Below, in pieces: positions 50,705 through 61,261 of a stretch of 64,000 nucleotides of DNA. Every line of letters starts with the position of its first letter. Position 1 is the first letter of the stretch. A program made the translations under genes and the position numbers. Source of the stretch: Candidatus Omnitrophota bacterium (lineage in GTDB: Bacteria > Omnitrophota > Gorgyraeia > Gygaellales > Profunditerraquicolaceae); NCBI GenBank assembly GCA_041662125.1, contig JBAZTA010000001.1:3118-67117 (forward strand). The letters run 5' to 3'. The notes under the pieces were generated by a model. It was not told the origin of the DNA, ran no database searches, and saw only the letters and a list, made by a program, of their open reading frames with translations.

Positions 50705-51172
50705 CTATTTTATCGGATCTTTGACTGCTGTTTTTGCCTTTACAGGCGCTTGGGATTTCGGGCCAAAAGAAACGGTGATGGTTATCGCGTTTCCCTTAGC
50801 TGATACATTGACAATACAGGTTTCTGTTTCGCGATCAAAATTGAGCACGCGCTGGCCATATTCAATGATATTCAGAAGATCCCACTTACACATCGCCATC
50901 TGTTCTTTATAGAAATTAACCACTTGGTCAGGATCAGCCTTGCCCTGGTATCTCAATACGCCGACACGCACGCCAGTAGCTTCAAAAGAATAAGAATCCT
51001 TAGGCGTTAATTTAAAACCCGCAGGTACCGGTATATCGCTAAAACGCACGGCAGCTGACGGCTCAAGCAAACCTTGAGTCTTTGATGAAGGATCATTGGT
51101 AAACGAAGCGCATCCGCAGAAAAAGATCAAAACAGCTATCGTTACTGCTACAATCCCTGCATTCGGTTTCAT
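50705..51172 (-). CDS. Hypothetical lipoprotein
   Basis: 155 aa; signal peptide with Cys (IFFCGCA). Confidence 0.4.
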   Translation of the reverse strand: MKPNAGIVAVTIAVLIFFCGCASFTNDPSSKTQGLLEPSAAVRFSDIPVPAGFKLTPKDSYSFEATGVRVGVLRYQGKADPDQVVNFYKEQMAMCKWDLLNIIEYGQRVLNFDRETETCIVNVSAKGNAITITVSFGPKSQAPVKAKTAVKDPIK

Positions 51173-51192
51173 GAGAACCTCCAGTATAATTT

Positions 51193-51309
51193 AAGACCCG
51201 GTCTTATCTATAATTTAGAACTACAATTCAAGACCGGGTCTTGCACACAACTACGAACCAAGACCGGGTCTTGAGATATCTTTCTTACTTCTTGAAAAGA
51301 CCCGGTCTT
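51193..51309. repeat. REP/BIME-like cluster: two 50-nt hairpin elements (4 copies of the 13-mer)
   Basis: 51193-51205, 51230-51242, 51260-51272, 51297-51309. Confidence 0.8.
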
Positions 51310-51335
51310 AAATTATAACCATCCCGAATCTTCTA

Positions 51336-51998
51336 TTACCTACTCTTAGTTGCCAAAAACTTACTCACATTCTTACAAACCGCATCAATATCTTTACTGC
51401 TCAATCCAACTTTTAAAGCGACTCCCCTTAAAGCCACAGGTGTAATGATATCCGCGGGCCCATGGCTGTCAGTATTAAACACGAGCTTCGCTCCCAATTT
51501 CAAAGCAAGTTTGGCAACATGGTTATTCGTCTTGCCATGGCCATGGCGGCTGGTTATCTCTAAAAGAATGCCCTTCTTTCTTGCCAGGATGACGTCTGCT
51601 TCACTAATAAGCCCCGGATGTGCCAGGATATCAATATCTGCCTCTAATGCAGCCTTATTAGTCCCAGGGACAACCGGTTCAACCCCAGTCTCTCCATGCG
51701 CGACAATAATCTTAATGCCATTTTTCCTGGCATACGCGGATAATGGTTTAAACTGAGCAACAGGCACATGGGTCAATTCTACACCCGGTAACACTTTAAT
51801 AGGCGAATTTTTAGGCCAATAACGGCAAAATTCAACGATAGCTTTCGTATTTGATTTGATATTGCTATAATCAGCGTGATCCGTAATAGCAATGATAGTA
51901 TATCCCAACGCGGCATAGCGGGCGGCAACTTCCGAGGGAAGTAAAACACCGTCGCTTAATAATGAATGGCAATGTAAATTGAAAGTATACAACCGCAC
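51336..51998 (-). CDS. PHP-domain metal-dependent phosphoesterase
   Basis: 220 aa; N-terminal FNLHCHSLLSDG; ITDH motif. Confidence 0.65.
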   Translation of the reverse strand: MRLYTFNLHCHSLLSDGVLLPSEVAARYAALGYTIIAITDHADYSNIKSNTKAIVEFCRYWPKNSPIKVLPGVELTHVPVAQFKPLSAYARKNGIKIIVAHGETGVEPVVPGTNKAALEADIDILAHPGLISEADVILARKKGILLEITSRHGHGKTNNHVAKLALKLGAKLVFNTDSHGPADIITPVALRGVALKVGLSSKDIDAVCKNVSKFLATKSR

Positions 51999-52054
51999 TC
52001 CTTCGAAGCCCCACCGGAGCTTTGCTTATCAATGGGCGTAGAAGAGTAAGGTAA

Positions 52055-52128
52055 TGCCCCTGGCTGGAATCGAACCAGCCACACGCAGTTTAGGAAACTG
52101 CTGCTCTATCCTTATGAGCTACAGGGGC
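52055..52128 (-). tRNA. tRNA-Arg (anticodon CCT)
   Basis: Hand-folded cloverleaf: acceptor GCCCCTG/CAGGGGC, D-stem GCTC/GAGC, anticodon stem GCAGT/ACTGC with loop TTCCTAA, T-arm GCTGG-TTCGATT-CCAGC, discriminator A, CCA not encoded. Confidence 0.85.
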
Positions 52129-52154
52129 TACAAGGGCATTACTTAATTTTCTCG

Positions 52155-52667
52155 TTAGTATTTTATCAACGCAAAAAACGGATAACCTTTGATCTTTTCT
52201 TTACCCTTTAAACCGGTAAGCTCAATAAGACAGGCAACACCAATAATCTTTCCCTGAAGCTGTTTCACTAAATCTATAACTGCTTTGATCGTCCCGCCGG
52301 TAGCTAAAAGGTCATCAATGATCAAAACCCTCTCTCCCGGCTTTATGGCATCCTGATGAATTTCCAGGGTATCAGTACCGTATTCTAGGTCATAGGTGAC
52401 AGAACTTGTTTTCCAGGGAAGCTTGCCTTTCTTACGCACCGGAATAAACCCGGCACCCAATTTGTGCGCCAAAGCGCCCCCCAGAATGAACCCCCGTGAC
52501 TCAACAGCAACGATCTTAACGATTTTTTTATTCTTATATTTACGGACAAGCTCATCGACTGCTTTTTTAAAGGCTTTTTTATCCATCAAAAGAGTAGTTA
52601 TATCACGGAACAAGATCCCCGCTTTCGGAAAATCAGGAATATCGCGGATAGCAGCCTTAAGGTCCAT
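52155..52667 (-). CDS. apt: Adenine phosphoribosyltransferase
   Basis: 170 aa; PRPP-binding VLIIDDLLATGGT. Confidence 0.85.
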   Translation of the reverse strand: MDLKAAIRDIPDFPKAGILFRDITTLLMDKKAFKKAVDELVRKYKNKKIVKIVAVESRGFILGGALAHKLGAGFIPVRKKGKLPWKTSSVTYDLEYGTDTLEIHQDAIKPGERVLIIDDLLATGGTIKAVIDLVKQLQGKIIGVACLIELTGLKGKEKIKGYPFFALIKY

Positions 52668-53484
52668 ATTTCCACTCCTTTTCCTGCTGTTTAATAAAAT
52701 TACGCAGCTTCTTTAAAGCCTCTTCCTCGATCTGGCGTATACGCTCCCGGGAAAGGTTCAATTTCTTTGCCACCTCTGCCAAGGTGTGCGTCGTCCCATC
52801 CATGAGCCCAAAACGATAATCTAAAACCTTGCGTTCCCGTTCGGACATCTTTCCCATAAGGTTCTCAACGCGCTCCTTATTCAAGAAGCGTTCTACATCG
52901 GCATTAGGAGGAGAAATACCTTCATCCTGGACGAGGTCCATGACCGACCCCTCATCATCTTCCCCGACCGGAGCCTCAAGCGACGATGTCTTTGTCGATA
53001 ACCAAAAATTTATCTCTTCCACCTTATCTTTGGAGATCTTTATTTTCTTAGCGATCTCTTCATCCTGAGGGACACGTTTTAATTTCTGTGTCAACTGTTC
53101 CCTGGTCTTCTTCCATTTTGAGATCATCTCGTTCATATAAACCGGCAGGCGGATAACTTTGCCCTGCTGGCCGATAGCGCGGATAATTCCCTGGCGTATC
53201 CACCAGGCAGCATACGTTGAGAAACGGAATCCCTTTTTGGGATTAAATTTATCCACGGCTTTCATCAATCCGAGGTTGCCTTCTTCGATCAAATCCAGTA
53301 ACGGTGTGCCGAAATGGATATAGCGTTTGGCAATATTAATGACCAGCCGCAGGTTAGAACGAATCATTTTTTTACGGGCTTCATCATTGCCGCGCAGAGC
53401 CTTAGTACCAAATTCAACTTCCTGTTGAGCTGTCAAAAGCGGGATGGTCCTTACTTCTTTGAGATACGTTTTGAGAGATTCCAT
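52657..53484 (-). CDS. RNA polymerase sigma factor, sigma-70 family (group 2-like, no region 1.1)
   Basis: 275 aa; regions 2.1-2.4 (FSTYAAWWIRQ) and 4.2 HTH (TLAEVAKKLNLSRERIRQIE). Confidence 0.75.
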   Translation of the reverse strand: MESLKTYLKEVRTIPLLTAQQEVEFGTKALRGNDEARKKMIRSNLRLVINIAKRYIHFGTPLLDLIEEGNLGLMKAVDKFNPKKGFRFSTYAAWWIRQGIIRAIGQQGKVIRLPVYMNEMISKWKKTREQLTQKLKRVPQDEEIAKKIKISKDKVEEINFWLSTKTSSLEAPVGEDDEGSVMDLVQDEGISPPNADVERFLNKERVENLMGKMSERERKVLDYRFGLMDGTTHTLAEVAKKLNLSRERIRQIEEEALKKLRNFIKQQEKEWKYGP

Positions 53485-53571
53485 TATTTCAAATCCTTCG
53501 GTAAAAGGCTACCGGTACACCTGGTTACAAACTCGAATAGCTTTGTGATCAGGTGTACCGATAACATTTAA

Positions 53572-56316
53572 TTATTTCTTCTTTGCAGCTTTATCTTTTA
53601 AAACGACCTGAGCTGCGGCCAATTTCGCGATAGGAACCCGAAATGGCGAACAACTCACATAATCCATGCCAATACGATGGCAGAACTCAACCGAACGAGG
53701 CTCTCCTCCGTGTTCACCGCAAATACCTACTTCGAGAGTTTTATTGGTTGAGCGGCCGCGCTGAATACCTATCTTGATCAATTCTCCGACACCCACCTGG
53801 TCGATCGTTTGGAACGGGTCTTCAGGAAGAATGCCTTTATTGATATATTCGGGTAAAAACCCTCCGATATCATCACGGGAAAAACCAAAACTCATCTGAG
53901 TAAGGTCATTGGTCCCGAATGAAAAGAACTGCGCGACCGTTGCCAGCTTATCCGCGACTAAAGCAGCGCGCGGGATCTCGATCATCGTCCCGAACATATG
54001 CTTGATCTTCTTGATATTATATTTCTTCAAAACATCCGCATAGACTTTCTTTGCCAATGCCAGCTGATCATCCAGCTCTTTAACGTCGCAAACAACAGGG
54101 ATCATGATCTCAGGATACGGTTTCTTGCCTTCTTTCACAAGCTCTGCTGCTGCTTCAAAGATCGCCTGGATCTGCATAGCGCTAACCTCTGGATACGTCA
54201 CCCCTAACCGGACACCACGGTGCCCCATCATGGGGTTTGATTCATGTAAAGCGTCAGCGCGCTTGGAAAGTTCAGCCAAAGTTACATTCAAATCCTTTGC
54301 TAACTGTTCCAGTTTGCTTTGTTCACGCGGCACAAACTCATGCAACGGAGGATCAAGGAGCCGGAAAACTACCGGAAACCCGTCCATAGCGGCAAGCGTG
54401 CCCTTAATATCCTTTTTAAGGTACGGGATCAATTCATTGACCGCTTTCTTCCTCTCTTCTTCCGTCTTAGACATGATCATTTTACGTAAGATAAACAGCG
54501 CCTCATCAGAACCTTTACCGTAAAACATATGTTCGGTCCTGAACAACCCGATACCTTCAGCGCCAAACTGCCTGGCTTTCTTGGCATCATCAGGAGTATC
54601 AGCATTGGTACGGATCCCTAATTTCTTAATGGCTCCGCAAATATTAAGGAATTCAGTCAAAAGCTTATTTTCTTCACTGGCATCCATCATCGCCAATTCA
54701 CCGGCATAGACGTTTCCTTTAGTGCCATTTAAGGTGATCCAATCGCCTTCCTTTAATGATTTACCATCAATAAGCATTTCTTTCTTGCCATGTTCAACAT
54801 GAATGGCGCTGCAGCCGACAATACAGCACTTGCCCCATCCACGCGCGACCAATGCCGCATGTGAGGTCATACCGCCCCGGGCAGTTAAAATCGCCTGCGC
54901 GGCACGCATACCCTCAACATCTTCGGGATTAGTCTCTTCACGCACGAGGATGACCTTTTTGCCGTGTTTTGCCCACTCAACTGCATCATGCGATGAGAAA
55001 ACGATCTGGCCTTTTGCTCCTCCCGGACCTGCCGGTAAGCCTTTAGCTAAGGGTTTCTGGGTCAATTCTACTTTTGGGTCAATGATCGGATGCAATAATT
55101 CATCCAATTGTGAAGGTGTTACTCTCATCACCGCTTCCTCTTTGGTAATGAGCTTTTCTTTAAGCATATCAACCGCCATACGCACTGCCGCAGGGCCGTT
55201 ACGTTTTCCAACGCGGCACTGTAACATAAAAAGACGGCCTTTTTCAATAGTAAACTCAATATCCTGCATATCGCGGTAATGCTTTTCCAGGCGGCCGCGG
55301 AATGACGCAAGCTCCTTGTAAAGCGTTGGCATGCATTTTTCCATCGCAACCAGGTCTTTATTATGGTCGGATTTAGAAGCTTCATTAACCGGCGCGGGCG
55401 TGCGTATACCGGCAACAACGTCCTCACCTTGAGCATTGATCAAATATTCGCCATAGAAATAGTTCTCGCCATTACCCGGGTTACGGGAAAAGGCAACGCC
55501 GGTTGCTGAATCATTACCCATATTTCCAAACACCATGGTCTGGACATTGACCGCTGTTCCCCATTCATCGGGAATATTTTCGATACGGCGATAGCTGATA
55601 GCGCGCTTTCCGTTCCAGGAAGAAAACACCGCGCTGATCCCTCCCCACAACTGCTGTTTAGGGTCATCGGGAAACTCTTTTTTCAAGACTTCCTTGATCT
55701 TGGCTTTAAACATGCTGCAAAGTTTCATCAGGTCTTCAGCGGTCAGATCTGTGTCAATGGCATACCCTTTTTCCTTTTTCAACGCTGCCATAATTCTTTC
55801 CAACTGCTTACGGATACCTTCATCATCTTTAGGCTCGATACCGGCAGCTTTTTCCATAACGACGTCGGAATACATCATGATCAATCGGCGATAGGCATCA
55901 TAAACAAAACGGTCGTTGCCGCCGCTCTGCTTGATCAATCCGGGAATGGTCTTTTCAGTCAAACCGACATTTAAAACCGTTTCCATCATCCCGGGCATTG
56001 ATCGACGGGCTCCTGAACGCACAGAAACCAAAAGCGGACTCTCCATATCCCCGAACTTTCTCCCCATTAACTTTTCTACTTTCGCAAGCGCTGTCTCAAC
56101 CTGCTGGGTTAAACCAGCAGGATATTTCTTTTTATTCTGGTAATAATATATACAAACATCGGTGGTGATCGTAAATCCGGGAGGAACAGGCAATTTCAGG
56201 TCCTTATGTCCTGCCATTTCCGCTAAATTCGCTCCCTTACCACCGAGCAGATTTTTCATGCTTTCATTGCCATCTGCTTTACCTCCGCCGAAACTATACA
56301 CATACTTCTTTACCAT
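53572..56316 (-). CDS. ppdK: Pyruvate, phosphate dikinase
   Basis: 914 aa; PEP-utilising His region GGMTSHAALVARGWG; PPDK N-terminal ATP-grasp. Confidence 0.85.
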   Translation of the reverse strand: MVKKYVYSFGGGKADGNESMKNLLGGKGANLAEMAGHKDLKLPVPPGFTITTDVCIYYYQNKKKYPAGLTQQVETALAKVEKLMGRKFGDMESPLLVSVRSGARRSMPGMMETVLNVGLTEKTIPGLIKQSGGNDRFVYDAYRRLIMMYSDVVMEKAAGIEPKDDEGIRKQLERIMAALKKEKGYAIDTDLTAEDLMKLCSMFKAKIKEVLKKEFPDDPKQQLWGGISAVFSSWNGKRAISYRRIENIPDEWGTAVNVQTMVFGNMGNDSATGVAFSRNPGNGENYFYGEYLINAQGEDVVAGIRTPAPVNEASKSDHNKDLVAMEKCMPTLYKELASFRGRLEKHYRDMQDIEFTIEKGRLFMLQCRVGKRNGPAAVRMAVDMLKEKLITKEEAVMRVTPSQLDELLHPIIDPKVELTQKPLAKGLPAGPGGAKGQIVFSSHDAVEWAKHGKKVILVREETNPEDVEGMRAAQAILTARGGMTSHAALVARGWGKCCIVGCSAIHVEHGKKEMLIDGKSLKEGDWITLNGTKGNVYAGELAMMDASEENKLLTEFLNICGAIKKLGIRTNADTPDDAKKARQFGAEGIGLFRTEHMFYGKGSDEALFILRKMIMSKTEEERKKAVNELIPYLKKDIKGTLAAMDGFPVVFRLLDPPLHEFVPREQSKLEQLAKDLNVTLAELSKRADALHESNPMMGHRGVRLGVTYPEVSAMQIQAIFEAAAELVKEGKKPYPEIMIPVVCDVKELDDQLALAKKVYADVLKKYNIKKIKHMFGTMIEIPRAALVADKLATVAQFFSFGTNDLTQMSFGFSRDDIGGFLPEYINKGILPEDPFQTIDQVGVGELIKIGIQRGRSTNKTLEVGICGEHGGEPRSVEFCHRIGMDYVSCSPFRVPIAKLAAAQVVLKDKAAKKK

Positions 56317-56373
56317 TGCTTTTAAAACCCTCCTTTTTCGGATTAATCGTTATGTTCGTCAGTGTCAACGAAA

Positions 56374-57675
56374 TTAACGCAATTTATCTTCTAAATACTG
56401 TTTTAACGCATCGACGCTGACGCGTTCCTGAAGCATCGTATCCCTGTCTCTGACAGTAACCTGTTTATCTTCCAGAGAAGCCACATCAACGGTAACACAA
56501 TACAACGTGCCGATCTCATCTTGGCGCCGGTATAATTTGCCGATCGCCCCCGTATCATCATAGGTGGTCACCAAAGTTTTCTTGAGATCCAGGGCGATCT
56601 TCTTTGCTAATTCGACTATTTCCGGCCTGTTCTTCAACAAAGGAAACACCGCTACCTTGGTCGGCGCTAACTCTTTATGCAGCTTTAAAACAACGCGAAT
56701 GTCGTCCTTGACATTCTCCTCGTTGTAGGCGTCAATTAAAAACGCCAGAATGCTTCGGTCAATGCCTCCGGAAGGCTCGATAATATACGGATAAACCTTT
56801 TCTTTCGCCTGATCATCGAAAAACGAAAGCTCTCGACCGCTATATTCGGTATGCTGACGCAGGTCAAAATCAGTGCGGTTAGCGATCCCCTCCAATTCCG
56901 ACCAGCCAAACGGGAAATTATATTCAATATCAGTACATGCTTTGGCGTAATGCGCCAGTTCATCGCCGGCATGCGCGCGTTTTCTGAGGTTTTCTTCTTT
57001 GATCCCTAATTTTTTATACCAGGCAAACCGCTCTGAAACCCAATATTCATAAAACTTGTCCGCTTCCGTTGGACGCACAAAATACTCGATCTCCATCTGT
57101 TCGAATTCCCGCGTCCGAAAAGTAAAATTACCGGGCGTGATCTCATTCCTGAATGATTTTCCGATCTGGGCCATTCCAAAAGGAAGCTTGGGATGGCGAG
57201 AATCCAGAATATTCAGGAAATTAACAAACATCCCTTGCGCAGTTTCAGGGCGCATATAGATGGCATTAGAAGCATCCTCAACCGGCCCCTGATGGGTTTT
57301 AAACATCAAGTTAAACTGCCTGCTTTCGGTCAGCTCTCCACCGCATTCCGGGCATTTTTCTTTATTTTTCAGGTCCTCTATCTTAAAACGCTTCTTACAA
57401 GATTTACAGTCGCTTTTTAGATCAAAGAAATTCTTGGTATGGCCTGAGGCCTCCCAAACCTTGGGATGCATCAAAATAGCCGCATCCAAACCATAAATAT
57501 CATAGCGCTCATGAACATTGGTTTTCCACCAGAAACGCTTAACATTATTCTTCAATTCAACGCCAAACGGCCCGTAATCCCAGGTATTAGACAAACCGCC
57601 ATATATATCAGAAGAGGGAAAAATAAACCCCCGGCGTTTGCACAAAGAAACTATTTTATCCATTAAATCAGCCAT
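56374..57675 (-). CDS. glyQS: Glycine--tRNA ligase (dimeric GlyQS type)
   Basis: 433 aa; class II motifs; N-terminus FIFPSSDIYGGLSNTWDYGPFG. Confidence 0.85.
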   Translation of the reverse strand: MADLMDKIVSLCKRRGFIFPSSDIYGGLSNTWDYGPFGVELKNNVKRFWWKTNVHERYDIYGLDAAILMHPKVWEASGHTKNFFDLKSDCKSCKKRFKIEDLKNKEKCPECGGELTESRQFNLMFKTHQGPVEDASNAIYMRPETAQGMFVNFLNILDSRHPKLPFGMAQIGKSFRNEITPGNFTFRTREFEQMEIEYFVRPTEADKFYEYWVSERFAWYKKLGIKEENLRKRAHAGDELAHYAKACTDIEYNFPFGWSELEGIANRTDFDLRQHTEYSGRELSFFDDQAKEKVYPYIIEPSGGIDRSILAFLIDAYNEENVKDDIRVVLKLHKELAPTKVAVFPLLKNRPEIVELAKKIALDLKKTLVTTYDDTGAIGKLYRRQDEIGTLYCVTVDVASLEDKQVTVRDRDTMLQERVSVDALKQYLEDKLR

Positions 57676-57747
57676 AATTTATTAGTTTTATCTTAAAATA
57701 CCTCGATTGTCAATAAAATTCTACCTTACACCTAGCCTTGACATACC

Positions 57748-57816
57748 AAGACCGGGACTTATCAATGATAAAACACCACAATTCAAGTCCCGGTCTTATT
57801 ATCAGGCCCGGGACTT
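57748..57816. repeat. REP-like hairpin element, variant with compensatory substitutions, plus a partial third copy
   Basis: AAGACCGGGaCTT 57748-57760 and AAGtCCCGGTCTT 57785-57797; internal spacer matches 62247-62270. Confidence 0.7.
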
Positions 57817-57829
57817 ACACTCCGCGCAA

Positions 57830-58657
57830 TTACCCCATCTTCTTTAACTCTTCATCCTTAATAGTAAAACTATACTGCGGGGAAGGAAATGTCCCTTCCG
57901 TAACCTCTTTTTTATATTCTTGGACTGCTTTTGTTATTACAGCAGAAACATCAGCATATTTTTTTACGAATTTAGGCGTGTAGCGCTCAAAAAGGCCCAA
58001 CAGGTCATAGGTGACCAAAACCTGTCCGTCACAGAGTACCCCCGCGCCGATACTAATTGTGGGGATCTTTATTTTTTCCGTTATCATACCGGCAATTTTA
58101 TCTGGCACACATTCAAGCACGATCGCAAAACACCCCAGATCAGCAAGCGCGCATGCTTGTTGGATGAGTTTCTTGGCGCTTTCAGCATCCTTTCCCTGAA
58201 CTTTAAATCCGCCTAATTTATCCGCAGTCTGAGGCGTTAAACCGATATGCCCCATAACCGCAATACCGGATTTGATGAGCGTCCCGGTAACCTCTAAACA
58301 GCGGTCAAACCACTCCAGCTTCACCGCGTCAGCGCCTGCTTCATCAATAAACCGGCGCGCATTTGTTAGCGCATTTTCCGGTTTGAGCTGATACGATTCA
58401 AAAGGCATATCCCCTACAACCAATGCCTGTTTTACCGCGCGGCTGACTGCCTTAGTATGATGTAACATCTCAACCATCCCTACCTGTGTCGTCGAATCAA
58501 GGCCCAAAACAACATTTGCCAGGGAATCTCCTACTAAAATGATATCTATCCCTGCCCTGTCAATTAAGGAAGCCAAAGGATAATCATATGCGGTAAGCAT
58601 GGTAATTTTGCGTTTTCCCTTAAGCGATACAATATCCTGAACACTTATTTTCTTCAT
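57830..58657 (-). CDS. panB: 3-methyl-2-oxobutanoate hydroxymethyltransferase
   Basis: 275 aa; KITMLTAYDYP...ILVGDSLANVVLG. Confidence 0.85.
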   Translation of the reverse strand: MKKISVQDIVSLKGKRKITMLTAYDYPLASLIDRAGIDIILVGDSLANVVLGLDSTTQVGMVEMLHHTKAVSRAVKQALVVGDMPFESYQLKPENALTNARRFIDEAGADAVKLEWFDRCLEVTGTLIKSGIAVMGHIGLTPQTADKLGGFKVQGKDAESAKKLIQQACALADLGCFAIVLECVPDKIAGMITEKIKIPTISIGAGVLCDGQVLVTYDLLGLFERYTPKFVKKYADVSAVITKAVQEYKKEVTEGTFPSPQYSFTIKDEELKKMG

Positions 58658-58659
58658 TT

Positions 58660-59901
58660 TTACTGTGTAAATTGCGCTACTAACAATGCGATAGAAAGCC
58701 CGACCATCGCTACAACCGTCCCGATAGCAAAAAAATTATAAACTTTTGAGTTGGTATATTTACCCATCAAACGTTTATTATTGACCAAAAGAAGCATAAA
58801 GATCAAAACAAACGGCAGGAGCAAACCATTGGTTGCCTGAGAGATCAACATGATCGGGATGAGTTTAACACCCGGCAATAAGATCACCGCCGCGCCGATA
58901 ATAATAATAGCGGTATACAGAGAATAAAATTGCGGCGCTTCGCGGAACCGGCGGTTAACCCCTACTTCCCATCCCATACCTTCACAAACCGAGTACGCCG
59001 TCGATAAAGGAAGGATACAGGCAGAGAAGATCGACGCATTCAAGAGCCCAAACGCAAATAAATAAAAACAATGCTGGCCCGCGAAAGGTTTAAGAGCCAG
59101 TGCCGCATCTTTAGCTGTTTCTATCCGGATACCGTGTCTGAATAAGGTATTAGCGCAAACAATAACAATAAAAACAGCGATTATATTAACCATAAATGCT
59201 CCCACCACAACATCAAGCTTACTGTATTTATAGTTTTTAAGCTTAATATCCTTTTCCACCACTGAGGCCTGCTGGTAAAACTGCATCCACGGGGCAATGG
59301 TCGTTCCAATGACCCCCATGAGCATAAATAAATACGCTTTGTCAAAACGGAATTCCGGCTTAATGGAACTGGCAAAAACCTCATTCCAGTCTGGTTTTGA
59401 CAAAAATCCGGAAACCACATAACAAACATAAAAAAGACAGGCGAACAAAAACACCTTTTCCACTGATTTATAGGTCCCCTTGACGATCAGCCACCAGACA
59501 AATAAGGCGGATCCGCTTACCATAAGATATTTATTGATACCCAACAGTTCTGCGCTGGCGGCAATACCTGCGAATTCGGAGATCGTATTAAAAATATTCG
59601 ATAATATAAGGACAACCATCGCGTAAAAGGTGACCTTGACGCCAAACTCCTCCCTGATCAGGTCCGCTAAGCCCTTTCCCGTGACTACCGCCATCCTGCT
59701 GCACATTTCCTGAATAATTACCAGCGCGATGATGATCGGGATAAAAGACCAGATAAGTGAATACCCGAAATGCGCGCCGGCTACAGAATACGTCGTAATT
59801 CCGCCGGCGTCGTTATCGACATTAGCCGTGATCATTCCCGGGCCCATAATGGAAAGGAAGATCAGGATCTCAGCCCAGAATTTTTTTATTTTCTTGATCA
59901 T
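58660..59901 (-). CDS. NRAMP (SLC11)-family divalent cation transporter homolog lacking canonical DPGN and MPH metal-site motifs
   Basis: 413 aa; ~11 TM; GPGMITANVDNDAGG...FGYSLIW aligns to NRAMP TM1 region. Confidence 0.55.
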   Translation of the reverse strand: MIKKIKKFWAEILIFLSIMGPGMITANVDNDAGGITTYSVAGAHFGYSLIWSFIPIIIALVIIQEMCSRMAVVTGKGLADLIREEFGVKVTFYAMVVLILSNIFNTISEFAGIAASAELLGINKYLMVSGSALFVWWLIVKGTYKSVEKVFLFACLFYVCYVVSGFLSKPDWNEVFASSIKPEFRFDKAYLFMLMGVIGTTIAPWMQFYQQASVVEKDIKLKNYKYSKLDVVVGAFMVNIIAVFIVIVCANTLFRHGIRIETAKDAALALKPFAGQHCFYLFAFGLLNASIFSACILPLSTAYSVCEGMGWEVGVNRRFREAPQFYSLYTAIIIIGAAVILLPGVKLIPIMLISQATNGLLLPFVLIFMLLLVNNKRLMGKYTNSKVYNFFAIGTVVAMVGLSIALLVAQFTQ

Positions 59902-61253
59902 AAGGTCGTTTTGGTTTTGATTTTCTTAAGCCTGCGCCAGGCGATCGCGATAACCTGGCTTAAAATATCATCAACGGTGATTATCCCCTGCAAAACGTTA
60001 TTTTCATCAACCACAGGAATAGCATTATACTTATATTTTTCCATACGATAGGCGACTTCTTTAACGCTGCTGTCTAAATGCACACAATACGTTTTGGGGA
60101 AAGCGGCATTCTGTATCGGTTCCTGCGGTTGGGCTAAAAGAAGCCTTCTAAAACTAGTTGATCCGATCAAATGGTTAACCTCATCAACAATATAAACAAA
60201 CTGCGCTGGTTCAACTTTAAAGGTGCGTTCCTTAATTTGCTTTAAAACGGTTTCAATAACAGTATCTTTGGGAAACGATATATATTCCGCGACCATCAAA
60301 CCTCCCGCGGAATCACTGGAATACCCTAATAACTGCGATAATTTCTTGGCTTGCTTACTTTCCATCAGGCTTAAAAACCGTTCTGAGGTATCTTTCGGTA
60401 ATTGCTCCAGAATATCGGTGGCTTCATCAGAAGGGATACTGTTTAAAATATCAACGATTTCTTTCGGGTCTACTTCTTCGATCAATGATTTCTGCGCTTT
60501 CGCGTCGATATTCATGAATATTTTCGCTTTATTTTTCAGGTCTAATGACTTAAAAAGAACACTCTGATGCTGCATATCAAGGTCAAGGAATATCTCGCCG
60601 AGATCAGCGGCAGGAATATTATTGAATTGTTTCTGCGGAACATTTATCTTAATGGTCATACTGACCGGATTAACCGACAAAGGCTGGATATTTTTCCAGG
60701 TGATCAAATGCTCATTTTCCAAATATGGGGCTTTATCATTAATAAGGCGCACCAGGAAATCCACAACCTTCTCGAACCCTAAACGGCGCAGCAATCCCCG
60801 CAAACTGATATCAACGTGAGCGATCATTAAAGACTGGTCAACTTCCAAAAGATGGATATCGTTGATCCGGATAACTTTATGATTATAGGTATCAACGACC
60901 TGCTGGTCAAGGATATCACGGCGAAGCGTCAATGCTTCCTTATTATTGTGCTTTTCCTTAAAACTGAGCTTTGTTTTATCGGTTTTTAAGGTCACCTCTT
61001 TTCCATCGATTTCCTGAATATCCGCCCAATCAACTACCGCGTATCGACGGCTAAAAAAACCGGTGCGGATGATCATCTGCGCCGATTGCGGATAGACTTC
61101 GCTGGGTTTTACCATAACATCATATAATTCACCGACGAGCTCTCCCTTACTATCGATAACCGGCCTATCCATAAGCGCAGAGAAATAAATAAACATCTTC
61201 TTGGCATTTTCATTGACTAAATCTTGTCTTTCCTGCTTCCCGAACATAGCCAA
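59898..61253 (-). CDS. Soluble MgtE-type cytoplasmic module (PRC-barrel-like N-terminus, MgtE_N domain, CBS pair) without a transmembrane domain
   Basis: 451 aa; MgtE_N signature ...SDSAGGLMVAEYISF; tandem CBS; 4-bp overlap with downstream NRAMP gene. Confidence 0.55.
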   Translation of the reverse strand: MAMFGKQERQDLVNENAKKMFIYFSALMDRPVIDSKGELVGELYDVMVKPSEVYPQSAQMIIRTGFFSRRYAVVDWADIQEIDGKEVTLKTDKTKLSFKEKHNNKEALTLRRDILDQQVVDTYNHKVIRINDIHLLEVDQSLMIAHVDISLRGLLRRLGFEKVVDFLVRLINDKAPYLENEHLITWKNIQPLSVNPVSMTIKINVPQKQFNNIPAADLGEIFLDLDMQHQSVLFKSLDLKNKAKIFMNIDAKAQKSLIEEVDPKEIVDILNSIPSDEATDILEQLPKDTSERFLSLMESKQAKKLSQLLGYSSDSAGGLMVAEYISFPKDTVIETVLKQIKERTFKVEPAQFVYIVDEVNHLIGSTSFRRLLLAQPQEPIQNAAFPKTYCVHLDSSVKEVAYRMEKYKYNAIPVVDENNVLQGIITVDDILSQVIAIAWRRLKKIKTKTTL

Positions 61254-61261
61254 CCTTTTTC

